Below, piece by piece: positions 11,168-24,404 of a stretch of 64,000 nucleotides of DNA. The stretch is from assembly GCA_951804945.1 (NCBI GenBank), contig OX638149.1, positions 89,218,001-89,282,000 on the forward strand. Reading direction: 5' to 3'. Below the pieces are notes generated by a model. That model saw nothing but the letters and a program-made list of their open reading frames with translations, did not search any database and was not told where the DNA came from. This stretch comes from Podarcis cretensis. Lineage: Eukaryota. Both the position numbers and the translations under genes were made by a program. Each line of letters begins with the position of its first letter. Position 1 is the first letter of the stretch.

Positions 11168-14100
11168 GTTTGTTCTGTTGCTGCTTCTCCTCCTTTCTCT
11201 TCAGCCTCCCCTGCCGTGGATCTCCTGCATGGTTGCTGTTTCCCTTGCTGTTGCATGGACACCAGGACAGAGAGCTGGGGTGGCTGTTGAGAGTCCATTC
11301 CAAAATGGCACCAGAAAAAAACAAAATGGTGCCAGAGTAAGGTTGTCTCCTAATTTGTGTGCGGAAAGGCAAGAAAACGTGATTTCCTGCTTCCCACCCA
11401 CATTAGAGATTACCTCCAATACTGCCAGGTCCTTTCCTCACATGTGATAGCTGTGCATTCCCAGTGGATAAAAAATGTGTCTGTTGGGAATTCTGGGAAG
11501 GATCTGACCTGGTTTTGGGGCCTGTCAGGTTTGGACTCTACAGCCTTGCTCTAACTCCAAAAGCTCCTTATATATTTATCTTTTAATCATTGGTTGTGCT
11601 TCCTCCTCCTTTTCCCTTGCAGTGTGTGGATTCATTTGCTACGTGTGGTGCTCATCTGTGGTATAACCAGAAGTCACTTGCAAAAGGATTGGGGGAGTGG
11701 GCTTGTTTATCTCAGTGGCCACCACACTCACCGCTGCTTTGTTGTTGGTGCTATGTCAGGTGTCTCCATAACATCAAGGGGAGGTTTTTGCATGGGTGGA
11801 AGTTGGGGCAGAAAGGAAGGCCAGAATCCAGGAATGGGATGATCACTCACTGTAGTGCTTGGCCAGCACACCAAGGTTTATTTAGGGGCTATGTGTGTTG
11901 TACAGGCATCGCTGGGGTGTTTTACTTCAGATCTTTCTGCTGTGGCTGGCAATATTGACTGGAACCAGGAGAGGGGCTTCTAGCATGGCTAGCAGAAGGG
12001 GTGAAATGTGTGTGTGTGTAAATTCTTGGAATCTTACTCAGCAGGTTGCTCTGGAGAAAGGAGCCTCTTGATGGATTTCAAACACGTGGTTGTTCCAAAG
12101 CATCTCTCTTGCATGTTTGGTATTTATGGAACATGAGGTCTTGGAGCCAGAAGAGGAGAGACGAGTTTTCACTGGAACCTCATATTCAGCAAGGGCTCCT
12201 GGGTGCTTGTTTTGTTTTGTTTTCTGATCTCTTTCATTGGTGCAGGTACCCTCAGTATATCAGAGTTAATAGCCATTTCCACAGTGGCCTTAGGACTACT
12301 TCTGAAATCATTGCAGATGTGTGACATCTCTATACCCCTGCAAAAAAAGGATGGGTTGCCATTCCAACAGAAGATGCTGTTTTTTATTATTATTCTATGT
12401 GTTTCATTTGCCCCAATACAGGATACTTGGCTCTTCTGAATCCACCCACCTCTCTCCCTACAGGTTTGGAATTTGTACTCCTGTTAAATTTCACAGTGCT
12501 TTAGTTGACTTGGTCACTGCCTTTTGCCACCCTCCACCCTGGCCCCCAAGAAAATATCCCATAGACATTGCCTCTTGTGCTCACACTGCTTCAGGATTAA
12601 TGCAGCAGCATGGTGTATGCTTGATATCCTGTCACTCTGGCTTATAGTCCCCACTTGAAACGGTGACCTGTGGTCTATGCATACAATGCCCAAATTCTAA
12701 TGGAATGTCACATTCAAAAGAGAGCAGCAGACTAGAAGGATGGGCTCCTGTGCACACAATCACTGCTTTGGGGTTGCGTAGGATCCTCATGCTCACTTGC
12801 TTTATATAATGTTCCTACAGGAACGTAAAGTTGAAAGAGGTATTTATTTGTTTAGTTTAAATGAGAGAACTTAATAATATTGTTGGGGAGTTCCTAGAGA
12901 CATGCTCTGGGCTGTCCTTGTAATAGGCCCAGATGACATTCCAGAAGTCTATTCTGATAAACCATGGTTTATTTCATTGAGAGCAAGCTGTGTGTTCTTA
13001 CACTCCCTTCTCTCCTCCCTTCTTCTGTCCTCATGCACCCAACTTTAGTGCTTCTACCCTGGCTTGTCACTTTTCTGTGACATAAGAACCAGTTTTGTGT
13101 GCAGATGTTAAACTGAAGATATCACGGGAAACTGTGGAGTGTGAGGCCATGCAGCTCATTCTCAAGCCAATAAACAATGGTTTACCAGGCCAAGATTGCT
13201 ATCTCTGAACTTAGGCTATAAAGTTCCTCTGGATGTTAATCTATTAATAAGAAACCAGACTCTAAACTATTTTAATGAAAGAATGTTTCCTATGTTCAGA
13301 ACAGTGGGCTTGTGAATTAAACCTCTGTGTTCTCATTTCTTGTGAATAATCTTTCAGTTTGAGAGTGGAGGAGTTGCTGTTGGAATATTCCTTTGGCATC
13401 TCCTCCAAAATGCCAGAGGAAGTTTTGATACAAGTATTGCCCACACAAAAGGAAAGATACAAATTGAAAAATAAAATAGGCTGTCTGAATCCTTGCAGAG
13501 TCAAGTAATATAACATAAGATTCACTCAGTCATTGTTATTAGCCATGGTACAGCTACCTGGAAATGTCTAGAGGCAGCCTACGGCTGAATACCAGTTGTT
13601 GGGGAACCAAGAGTAGGGGAGAGCTGCTACCTTCATGTCCTGCCTGCTGGCTTCCCAAAAGCACCTGCCTGACTCCTATTGCAAACAATCAGTTAGATGG
13701 ACCCTTGGCTAATGTAGCAGTGCTGTTCTTATGTACTATAGTGCATCAACTGACTATGCTTTCTTTGCAGTTGAATGGTAAAAAGAAAGTAAGGTATGGT
13801 TTTCCCCGGGCCACTGGGTGTAATAGTGTGCAGTTTACCCAGAATGCTTAATTAAGCATCAGAAGGAACTTGCCATGCATTCAAATAGCAAAGCTATGAA
13901 TTTACTTACATTTACATGTCTATAAATGCATATGTGAGTGTATGCTGCTCAGATGTTGTTGGACTGCAACCCCAGTCATTCCTGACCTTTTGCCATGCTG
14001 GCTGGAGCCGATGGGAGCTGTTGTCCAACAATACCTGGAAGGCTAGTCTGAGTGGCAGCAGCTATCCAGGGACTGAAGGAGCCGTTCCCATAACTCCCAA

Positions 14101-17100
14101 CCTTATCCTTTTTAAAATGGATATGCCTTGGATTGAGTCTGGAATCTTCTGCATGCAAAGCACATCTTTTACCTGCTGAGCTAGGGTCTATTGCTTTCAG
14201 TAATGTTCCACCTGCCCAGTTTAATTCTAGTGTCAGACCTGAGTGTAGTACATCAAGTGGGAAAACACTGTGAGGCAGAGACACAGAAGAGGGGAGATGG
14301 TTCAGCTCCCCTCCCCTCCACTTCATATGAATAATAGATCCTTTCTCCCTAGAGTTGTAGGTGAACAGTGCAGGTAGGTAAACAGTGCTGGCATGCCTAG
14401 CTTGGCCCCGGTAGGAAGGGTTTTCCAGTGCCATCTTGATGAGTCACCTTGAAGCTGTCCTGTCATCCAAAGTTTCATGATGGCACTTGCTTGTTGCTGG
14501 ATTCCATTAATGCTGGGAAGGAACTAATCCTCCCCTGTGTGGCTGAAGAACTTGGCTGCAGGTTACAGAAGATGGTAGCCTCACTCTAGGGAAGGGACAC
14601 TCTGTATCTTCTCAGCTTAGAGTTTTGCTAGTAAATATAGCACAGGAGGAGGACAGTGCCAGAGAGATAATTTTGTTGAGCAGTGCTGTTGCTAGTGCCC
14701 AGCTTTTCTTGCTCCTCAGCCATTCCAGGGAGCCTGGTCACCCTGAGCCAAGGTGTCACCACTCTTGGCTCTGAAAACACTGGTCTCCTTCTTCCTCCCC
14801 TCCCTCTGTCTGCTTTAAAGAGAAGAAGGAAATAAGGCATATAATAAAAAGGCCAGAAGAAGTGGAGGGTTTCTAAAGTTTGGTGCAAAGGTTTTGAAGC
14901 CTAGGGCGGAAGACGTTTGAAATGTGCATGCAGCAGCAATACAGAGGGAACTATGGCAGCCATTCTCTGGGTGTGGGAGTTATATGGAATGCCTTGAATC
15001 AGAGGGCAATGGCTTCTTTCTCTGCGCACATTAGCAGTATCAGTCTGAGTTTTGCCCACATTGCAATTGGCACTGACCTTTGCCCGTATCTCACTGCTTC
15101 CCAATGACTTTCCCACTCAAGCATCCAGCAAGGCTGTTGCTTTCTTGCTCTCTTCCCCTCCTTCCCCTTCCTGTGTGCCATGCTCCTTTCGCTTCTCAGC
15201 GAACAGACTCGTGCCTTTCCTCAAGGTCTCCTGGTACCAACAGCTGGCATCTTGCTTGTATGTTGTGCTCATTGTGTTCGGGATAAAACTTAAAAGTTGC
15301 AAAGGGCTTGTGTTGGCCTTCAGGCTTATGCCAGCAACTGCAAGAAAGTATGATTCAATAGGGATTAAGGGTTTTAGAAAGGAAGCCAACTTCCATGCAT
15401 CTCCTGCTTGTTGATGCCAAAGGATGGGAGTATGAACAGAAGGGGGTATTATCCCCGAAAATGCATTATCCCCAGCTTCAAACATTCAAGGAAGTTCAAG
15501 GAAGACAACGCAGTGTGGCGATAACTGGAACCACCCACTTCCACTCCCAGAGGCCTGATAGATCTAGATCCAGATGCTGCTCACTGGATCCCTTCCACTT
15601 CTGCAATTCTATAGGAGAAATCTTGTGCCTCTCCAGTGACAAGGCTGCAGGGAGGGATAATATACACACTTTGCATATATTAGTTCACTGAAATGAGGAT
15701 GATCTTGAAACTTAACTGCTGAAGCTTAACTTGAAAAATGACTGAAATATTTTGGGGTTTAAAACCAGACAGGTAACAGTCCTTGCAGAAAGGGATTTGT
15801 CTCCCTTAGAGGCACTACCTGGTTTGAGGTGGGGGGGGGCTCTGGGCACTCTACCTTTCTCCCTCCCTGGTGCTCTACCTTGACTTCTTTTACTTTTGCT
15901 ATCATGGTTGCCTTGGTGGCAGCCATACATTTCTCCCTCCCTGAGTGGCTGGATAGGTAGGAGGCAGATGAGGACAAAGTTGTTGGCTGGCACATGCTAC
16001 AAAGTGGTGCTGCACCAGCCAATTACTCTAAGGCTTAAACTGCCCACCATATTTTTTTTAAAGTACTAACCCCAGGGTGAGAGTGACAATGAGCTTTTCC
16101 AGGCAGAGGCCAGCCTCATGGTCATAGGCCCAATGAGAGCATCACTGTAGCAAGAGGATGAGCCAAGTTCCCTTAGCCTATTAACCTTGCTTCTCTCATT
16201 GGTCCTGCACCCCCAAAGGGGTGGCTTAGCTCCCTGCCGCTACTGTCCTGGGCTTAGCAATTGTTAAAATCAAAATGGTGGGCTGCTAGAGCCTTGTCTG
16301 TCTGTGCAGCCATTCACTTCCTATCTTGGGGGGGAGTCTTTTGGAATGCTTGGGGGCCAGTGAGCTATGCAGTCGCTGGACTTGTTAGTTCAGCCTTAGC
16401 ACCGCTTGTCCCTGTTTTTACACACACACAAAATGCTGCTGCTTTACTTTAAAGAGTTTTGTGTGTGGTGCTGCTTGAGCTCACTGCTCCTTTCATCAAT
16501 GGATTTCCCTTAGTTCCGGATGTTGTATTGTGGTTGCTTCTGTTGCCATGGATTCTGGCTTCCTCCTCTTTCTCCTCCCAAGTGGGTTTCTGTTTTGGGA
16601 ATCTCAGAATGCTGCCCAAAATCTGTGCATTCCTGTTCTTTCCCTCCTTTAAAGAAAAAAGAAAAGAAACTTCCCTTTTCTTTCAGCTGTGTGAAAAGCA
16701 AGACTCTCTGCAGCTGAGAAAATGGCATAGCTGTTACTAATCAGGGAGAGATCCAGATTAGCCAAGGGACTCAAAAGCAGCCCCAAAGCCCCATGAGTTT
16801 TAGAAACTTTTTAAGGACATCTCCCCGGGACCAGTGCCTTAAAATTTTATTTTTTTTAAATCATTCAAATGTGTTTGTGAGGTGGGTGCAGGAAGGAGGG
16901 AATTCATTCGTTGCTGCTTATATAAAATAAGTGGGCTCTTTTCCCCAGTTGGGGTTTGAATGTGCTGACATGAAGCTTACATCTGCAAATCTTAAGTAAA
17001 TGAGGTGGAGCGAGCTTACCCCATTTAGTGAATGAGACCCCTCCCTCTGGCAGGTTTCTTTAAGGAAAAGAAGAAAGAAAGAAGTCCAGGCACTGCAACA

Positions 17101-17514
17101 AACACAGCTTCACAACTGATGAGAGTTTGGTGTCTCTTGCTTGCTGTGACTGCCTCTGTTCCCTGGCACTGCTGTTTCGTTTCACAGCTGCAGGGCACAA
17201 TTTGAAATGTTGCAGGTGCTGTTCCCAGCTACAAAGTTTTCATGTTAACAAAATCCATTGCTGCAGATGACTTTCAGGATTTCACTGTTATGCATCGGTT
17301 GAAATCAGAGACTCAGGTTGACATCAGGGCACATCTGCACCGCTAGACATCTTAAGGTGTTTATCTGTACCACAGACTTCAATCTCAGTTTGGAGCAGGC
17401 TCACATAAAACAAACTAATTTGGATTTGATTAGAACAGGCCCAAGCTGAGCTCATTCTTAGCTATAGCCCAGTCACAGTTCTGAGTCTTCTTGCACTCCC
17501 AGTGATGTCATTGG

Positions 17515-17914
17515 TAGGGATGGGAAAGAAATTTGATTCAGTTCACAATTTTCAAAACAATGCACAAAGCGAAACACAACCGTCTTTTGAAATCTGCACT
17601 TCTCTGAATTTTGCAGTGTGCTTCTCCTGCCAAGTAATGTGTACAAAAATGCACATACCAATGCAAAGTGTGCATATAAGTGCATATATTAGTGGAAAAT
17701 AACATACAGAATGCATAATTTCAGGATCAATCGCTTTACAAAACAAAAAAGTGTGTAAGAGGAGAAATCCACCCTAAAGTGCTGATGAATCTGCATGAGG
17801 ACTTAAATAATAGTAATAATCACAAACTGGCATGGAAAGGTGGAGAACGTGATATCAAGCCTGGATAAATGAGAAACTGAGAGGAAGCAAAATTGACAGA
17901 TTCGCCCATCCCTA
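17515..17914. mobile_element. hAT-like non-autonomous DNA transposon
   Basis: TIRs tagggatggg / cccatcccta; flanking 8-mers gtcattgg and atcactgg resemble a decayed TSD. Confidence 0.7.
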
Positions 17915-18509
17915 ATCACTGGGAACTCAATGAAGCCTGAAGATCTCCCAACGAGCCCCCCCCCCCCCCGTTGCAGTAACCACTGCAGCAACCTTGAATA
18001 GACTTTAAAAGGTTGCAGCAACAATTACCTGAGCTTTGCTTGGGCTTCTCAGTAACGGAGCTACATTTCCCAGGTGTCTTGGCACCCACAATGCTGCTGC
18101 TGTGCTCCAGGGCCCAATAATGGCTGCAGTAGCAAGTCTTCTCTATGCTGCTGCTAACAAGTAAGTTTCAGCAGGAAAGGGGAGAGGCCTATGGTGGTGG
18201 CAGCCAGAGCAAAGCTCATTGTAAGCCAAGCCCAAAGTGTGGAAATGTTTGCGATTAATTCAGAAGTTCCAAATTAGGGAAGTTTGCTCTCTGAACCCTC
18301 CGTTCCAATTTTTGGCAGCATCACGTTCATAAACAAGTTTAATAGACTAGGGATTGGTGTGTGTGTCTCTGTGTGTGTATGCACCCCCCCCCCAGACCAC
18401 TAAGAGAAATTTATCAGCACCCACATCAATCAACATTTTCCCATAATTAATCCAGGGAGCGTATACTGTTAGGGGGAATAAGAGCCAATTAAATTATAAT
18501 TTATTGTTA

Positions 18510-18698
18510 CATTTATACCCTACCTTTCTTCCCAGGAGCTCAGGGTAGCATACATGGTTCTCCTCCTAATTTACAACAACCCTGTGAGGTAGGTTAGGCT
18601 AAGAAACTGCCACTCACCCACCAAGCCTCATGGCTAAGTGGAGATTTGAACCCTGGTCTCTCAGGTTCTAGCCCAGCACTCTAACCACTGCACCACAC
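18510..18698 (-). mobile_element. MIR/CORE-like tRNA SINE
   Basis: acaacaaccctgtgaggtagg CORE-like motif, and gatttgaaccctggtctc...ctctaaccactgcaccac (B and A boxes, reverse complement). Confidence 0.7.
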
Positions 18699-19680
18699 AA
18701 AAAGCATATATCTTCAGAGACTTGAACTTTCCTCTCTGTTGCCTTAGATTGACTCTGAAAGTTGAAGCAGCCTTCGATCTCTTTTCTGGACCACGTTAGC
18801 CCGTGGCCTTGGGTTTTCTCCCCCTTCCTTTCCCCTTCAGTGTGTGGCTTTGCTCAGCTGCTTTAGTCTCCTGGACCTATTCCCCCCCCCCAGCACACAC
18901 ACCCAGCTTCTGGCTCAGTGTGGCGTGGAAAGGATTGTATACGAGGATCCCTTCCAATTCCTTGAGCTGGCTTTTCTCTTGACCTGTATCTGCCTTCTCC
19001 TGCCAACTGCTTCCTGGGTCATTGTATGGAAATGTTGGAGCAGGGAGAAGGAGGAAGGCCTGAAGACAAGGAGGGGAATATATTACTGTGGTGGAGAAGT
19101 CTTAAGTTGCCTAAGAATATGTAATATTGGGTGAATGGAAGGAAAAAAGTAATCAGGCTGTTAAGCTTGCCTGCTCTAAGTACTCCCTACGTAAATCAGT
19201 GCTTTGGTTCATGTTAATAAATCCTACACACAGATCACATGCACACACCTATTACAGCCAGGTAAGAGAAGTAAAATATGATGCAGGGCATCCACACCAA
19301 CGTCTTATCCTCCAGAAGCCCAGCTCAGGAGGAGAGGAAGGAAATGAACAGGGTATCTTGGGGATTTTTGGCTTCAGCATGAACTCTATGCTTTCTCCAA
19401 TGCAGCTGCTTCATTATGCAGGGATTTTTAAATGTATGAACCGGGTTGTCACAATTTTGAGTTGTGCTTGTTGGGTTTGGTTTGGTTTTCACTATAATCC
19501 GCTGGTGGAAAGTGATGGATTTGCCCATTTCCCCTCTCCTGATTAATTGATTCAGTTTCTTTCCAAAGCCAAGACACAGCCCAAAGATCTGAATATTGGC
19601 TCATAAAGACTTTCTAAATGTATTGAAGCTCTTCCTGTGCTTGGAACGCCACTTTTCTCACAGTGCAATTGAACTTTCAG

Positions 19681-19880
19681 GAGTACAGTCGCCAAGGGAG
19701 AAGTCACCAGAAGAAGCCGAAGCCCCTGTACGGAGACGTACCACCAGTGAAGGCCAGTATGAGAACAGTCCCCAGGATCCTAGTTCACCACGAAGCCCCA
19801 CAGTTCGTTCTCCAGTTCACTGTGTCTCACCGGAGGTGGTCAGCACCATCGCAGCCAACCCTGGAGGAAGGCCCAAGGAG
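19681..19880 (+). CDS. TNS1: Tensin-1 coding exon (200 nt, phase 1-0)
   Basis: Acceptor gaactttcag; donor GAG|gtgctt. Encodes [67 protein letters not shown], homologous to human RRRAASDGQYENQ...NPGGRPKE. Confidence 0.95.
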
Positions 19881-20780
19881 GTGCTTTTCTTTTTCTTATT
19901 AAAACACTGTTTTCCCTTCTGACCTTGCTGCTTGCATGCATGGAAACACAGAGGGGATATATGTCTCTTTGACCCCAGCGCTTGATAGTAGGTAGGGAAG
20001 GGCCAGGGTTGGGAAGGGCAATGAATTTAGTTTGGCAGTAGAATGGATTAAGTAAATGGCACATGCATGGGTAGGCCTCCCTAAGTATTCCTTGGGTAGA
20101 AATTGCTTCTTCAGTTTTGGAAGAGGTTGCAATGGTTTGGGACTCAGAAATGTCCATGGTTGTTCTCATGTCCAACATGATGGAATACCAGTTGCAACCT
20201 GTGTTGCTGAAACTGGGAAGAGCCACCATCAGTCCCTCCTATTCTGGCCACTTGCTGGAAGCCTCTGGACTGTCACTATATTCCGGGACAGATTCAAGTG
20301 CATGCTGGAAATTTAGACTTGTGTAATCAAAGTGGATGAAAGTCCTCTGTTGCACTAGTGCCACAAATCCACTTTTTAATTTTGGGAATGGACTTTTGCA
20401 ATTAGGAAAGTGACAGGGAAGTGCACTGAAAATGTGGGATCAATGACTGACAGGAAGATGCAAATGAATCAGAATGAATACTCAGTAAAGCAAATTATTA
20501 TGAATGCACAGTTAACGGGTCATCTGTAGGAGCTGTTTCTGACAGTATGGGGAATGGAAGCCAACTACAGAAGCAGAGTGCTTTCTGAAATTAGGAGCAG
20601 GAGAAAGGGTCATAAAGGCAAGAAAAGGAAGCATAGGAGCAAGCAGTTTAAAATTGCAACCAGACCAGGCGGGAGCATCTGGCAAAGAGAAGGCAGGCAT
20701 TTCTCCTGCCCCAATTTGTGGGGGAGAGGTCAGGAAGGTCCTGAATTTTGATAACTTATTCTGCTTTCCTTCTTTTACAG

Positions 20781-20919
20781 CCCCATCTCCACAGTTACAA
20801 AGAGGCCTTTGAAGAGATGCAGGGGACCTCTCCAAGCAGTCCACCTTCCAGTGGTGGTGAGACCTCTCCCCCAACCCCTGCCTTCCCTGTCTCACCACAA
20901 ACCCCTTACAGTAACCTAC
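20781..20919 (+). CDS. TNS1: Tensin-1 coding exon with two in-frame donors (ends 20856 or 20919)
   Basis: Acceptor tcttttacag. Encodes [25 protein letters not shown], then a proximal donor G|gtgaga after 20856 or a distal donor TAC|gtaagt after 20919. Both donors are phase 1. Confidence 0.93.
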
Positions 20920-23900
20920 GTAAGTTCCATGGCAGGGGATGGGAGAGGGGGGCATTGGTGGGTGGCTTGGGCAAAGCCAGACTTAAGAGGCAGTCGGTCA
21001 AACCGTTCTCAGCTTCCCAACACCCACCACCATTTTAATCACCCCTTCACTTTCTTGTTTCTATCTGTCTCCCAGTCTTGACTTCTTCCCCCATCACCTT
21101 TCATCTCTGCTTGCTGTAAATTTCTCACAGTGTCACCAATAAGTATGCATTCGTCCATGATAATTATCATCACAACAGCAAAGTTTTGCAACTCTTGGGG
21201 GGGATCGATTATGGTTAGAGTCATTAGCTACCAGCAAGTGGTGAAGAGGAGCCACAATTTCTGAATGTCAGCATAAACCATAGCAGCAGAGCCCTGTGCT
21301 GTCTTCTACACTCTCCTTCTCATTGTCCACCAGACAAGGAGGTTCACAATTGTTCATAAATTTCCAAAGTGTTGGCTGTGCTAGCTAGTTACAGCAAAAA
21401 ACAGTAAAGAGCCTTGCAACTCCTTGAAGACTGTTTGCTGATTTTGAAGATGCCACAAGGCTCTGTTATTATTGTATAAAAGTTCTGCAGTTAAGATAGC
21501 AGAACTGCACAACTTACGGCCTGCTAAGCTTAGTGAAGCCCTCTAGCCGTGTAGGGCAGCCTACTTGGGGCTTGATAATACTTGTGTTCTTGCTGTCAAC
21601 CAGCGATTGCAGGATTGGAGTTGGGTGTGGCTTGTTAAACCACAGCATATGCCTGGTGGGTTTATTTGGCTATGTAGGTCATCCTTTGTGCAGGCCTATT
21701 TTAGAGAAACCATCCAATGTTTTTGGTACACAGTATCTACCTTCCTAGATGCCAAGGGGAAAAAGTTAAATTTGCCTTGCTCTCCATAGCATGGACAAAT
21801 ACACAAAGTTGGATTAACAAGAATGTCACATGGTCCTGACAGTAGTTTCCCCATATCCATCAGCAACACTTAGTAGTTATGTATATGAGTTATGTAATGC
21901 ACTTATAACAATGACATGATTTATGAACCTCTATGAAAGCACTTACATAGGCAAATTTGCTTCCCTGCTGAGGGAATTTTATACCACACTGTGAAGATTC
22001 CCAGTTCATAAATTCTAGATGGTACATAAGTTCAGGTCCTTGTTATTATGAATGAAGAATTCCCCATCCTGTGAAGCATCTGGCAGGATTATGGACTTAA
22101 ATTAGTAATTACATTTCCCTGCCTGACAATTAAAAACATATCTGCAAGCCCTGGTGCATAAGCTGGAGAAATCCCTTTGGTCTGATCATTCAGGGATACT
22201 CTGACCAGTGTAATGTTCCAGGGATTTTTTTTTTTAAGTATTTTTTTTAAGGGGGAGCAGAATCACTTACTGTACCTATAAACCTGCCGATCACATGTGT
22301 CAGTCAGTTTCAGAACTATTAACTGCTTTTCTAGACAGAAAGACAATACCGCAAATCTGCCAGAGTTGATGGGTTAGAAAAGGCAAACAGTCCTGGTTAT
22401 GCCTAACACCTGAGCTGAGCTGTGGGATGTCCCAAAGGAGAAGTATTTAAAGTTTAGGTTTTTGGCACACAGATCCTACTTTAGGCAATTTTTACGTGGC
22501 TTCCTCTCTCTATGGGAGAGGGAGAGAGAGGCAGCTGTTTTCTGCAGGTGGGAGGAAATAAAAATTAACCCAAGCCCTAAAGACACCCTTGAAATACCTC
22601 CACAACAGGACATGGGCTTATGCAGAACAGATGGAGGGATGCGTCAGCTCTTTCGCATGGAAAGGTCCACTGTTCTTCCATCCCAAGCGCCCAGCATTCA
22701 AGGCCCTTAGCAAATTCATTCTGCCTTCTGTTTGCGCTGACAGAAACTGATGGTTGTAAATTGGGACCAGATACTGCAGTGCACAAAATCTTTCAAAACT
22801 GATTTGTGCCATTTAAAGCAGGACCTATGGGCTGGATGCAGCCCCTTGGCCTCTCCATCTGCCCTGCTGACCTCTCCTGTGCAGCCACATTTCTCCCATT
22901 GCTCAGCTGTTTCTGCCAGTCAGCTGAGTGGTAGCAAAGGAGGTGGGAGGTTGCAGGGAGGTTCAAACCTTGTCTTCTCTAATCTCTCCTATCCCACTCC
23001 CCTCCCAAAAACGCTGATCATGAGGAACAATGGAGCAATGAGGGAAGAGATGCAATGGCTGCAGAGTCCCACTGCTTCCACTAGCAGCTTGCTGCATTTC
23101 TTTGCTGAGAAAAAGGAAGCTCATTTCTCAGCTTCCCAAAAGGAAATGTGACCTGGATGTATGGATACGTGTGAATCGTGGAGGGGTATGCGTATGAATG
23201 GAGGTGCAGGTGTGTGAATGGGAATAGTGTGGGGATAAGCAGATGGGTATGAATGGGGCATGCATATGTAGATCACTGTGAATGGGGTATGTATTTGTGT
23301 ATATAGCTTTGGCCCACCCCTGGCATATGCCCCTTTCCCTCTAAGCAGTTAGAAGGGAATGCAGTCCCTGGACTGAAAGAAGTCCCCAACCCTGGTATTG
23401 GGTAGAAAGTTCAGATACAAATTTAACGAATGATAGCTCCCACTCCCTTCTGGGCAGTTTTGTAAGGAAGGACAGGGTATACATTTCATACATAGAGTGC
23501 ATATGCTGCAGAGGCCACAACTTATTCCATAGGTGTGTACATATGTGCACACACCCACACCAAATGAGGAATGAGTGGTTTCCATTCTACAAAGATACAG
23601 CTTTAGGGCATTTGCTGCGTTGCACACCTGTTACTCCTTCAGTTCTCAAATGAAAGTGAACAACATGTAGATTTGCTTCTCTTTTTTTCTTTTTCTTTTT
23701 TAATGTAGTCTTCGCCATTTTAAGAAAGAAATGGAAATTGAGGACAATAGCAAAAGCCCACACCGGCAGGGATTCCATTGCACTAATAGGTGCAAATGTG
23801 CCTTTTTAATCCAAAGCTAAGGGAACCAAAGGCCAAAGAGGTGCATGTACTCTTTGGTCTGTAGCTCTTCAGTGGAAGAGGTAAATCTAGCTGCAAATTT

Positions 23901-24404
23901 ATGTGTGTTTCAATGTAGGTATGTGTGTGTTTAGATCTGTCAGAGTTTGAAGGGGCTAATGGGGACTGAGAGTGTGTCTTCAGAGTTACAGTGAGACCCT
24001 TTGCCGTCCATTTGTAACCAATCGAAAGCTGTTTGCAGCTGATCTGTGCTGTCAGCAAAAAACCAAACCAAAACAAAAAAAACCCTTGCAAAGGAAGAAC
24101 CAGAAGTTCACTGAATGCTCCTGATTTTTCCTTTGTAGCCACATCCTTTCCTGCTTCACACCTGACATTATGTTACATTCAAATAGTTTATGTATTTAGA
24201 TAATATGTATTTAATATTGTTGTTTCTCTTTGATAGAACACATTCAAAGTTGCACCAGGCCAATCCAGAGACACTGTGCAGTATACCATTTAGCTGAGTC
24301 AGTAGTTAACTTGGTCTCAACTGACAGGTGTTCCACCCATCTGACAGGGAAGTTCCAAAGGAGTTATGCCACACGCAACCAAGCTGCAGTGTGATAGTAG
24401 CTTG

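Noticed and set aside
10828-11340. 170-aa hydrophobic ORF spanning the cassette exon
   Set aside because: The hydrophobic parts are translated pyrimidine tracts; only 11081-11167 has splice sites and tensin-like sequence.
19678-19683. NAGNAG acceptors (CAG GAG here and at 45198-45203)
   Set aside because: Distal GAG acceptors are rarely used; nothing in the sequence supports them.
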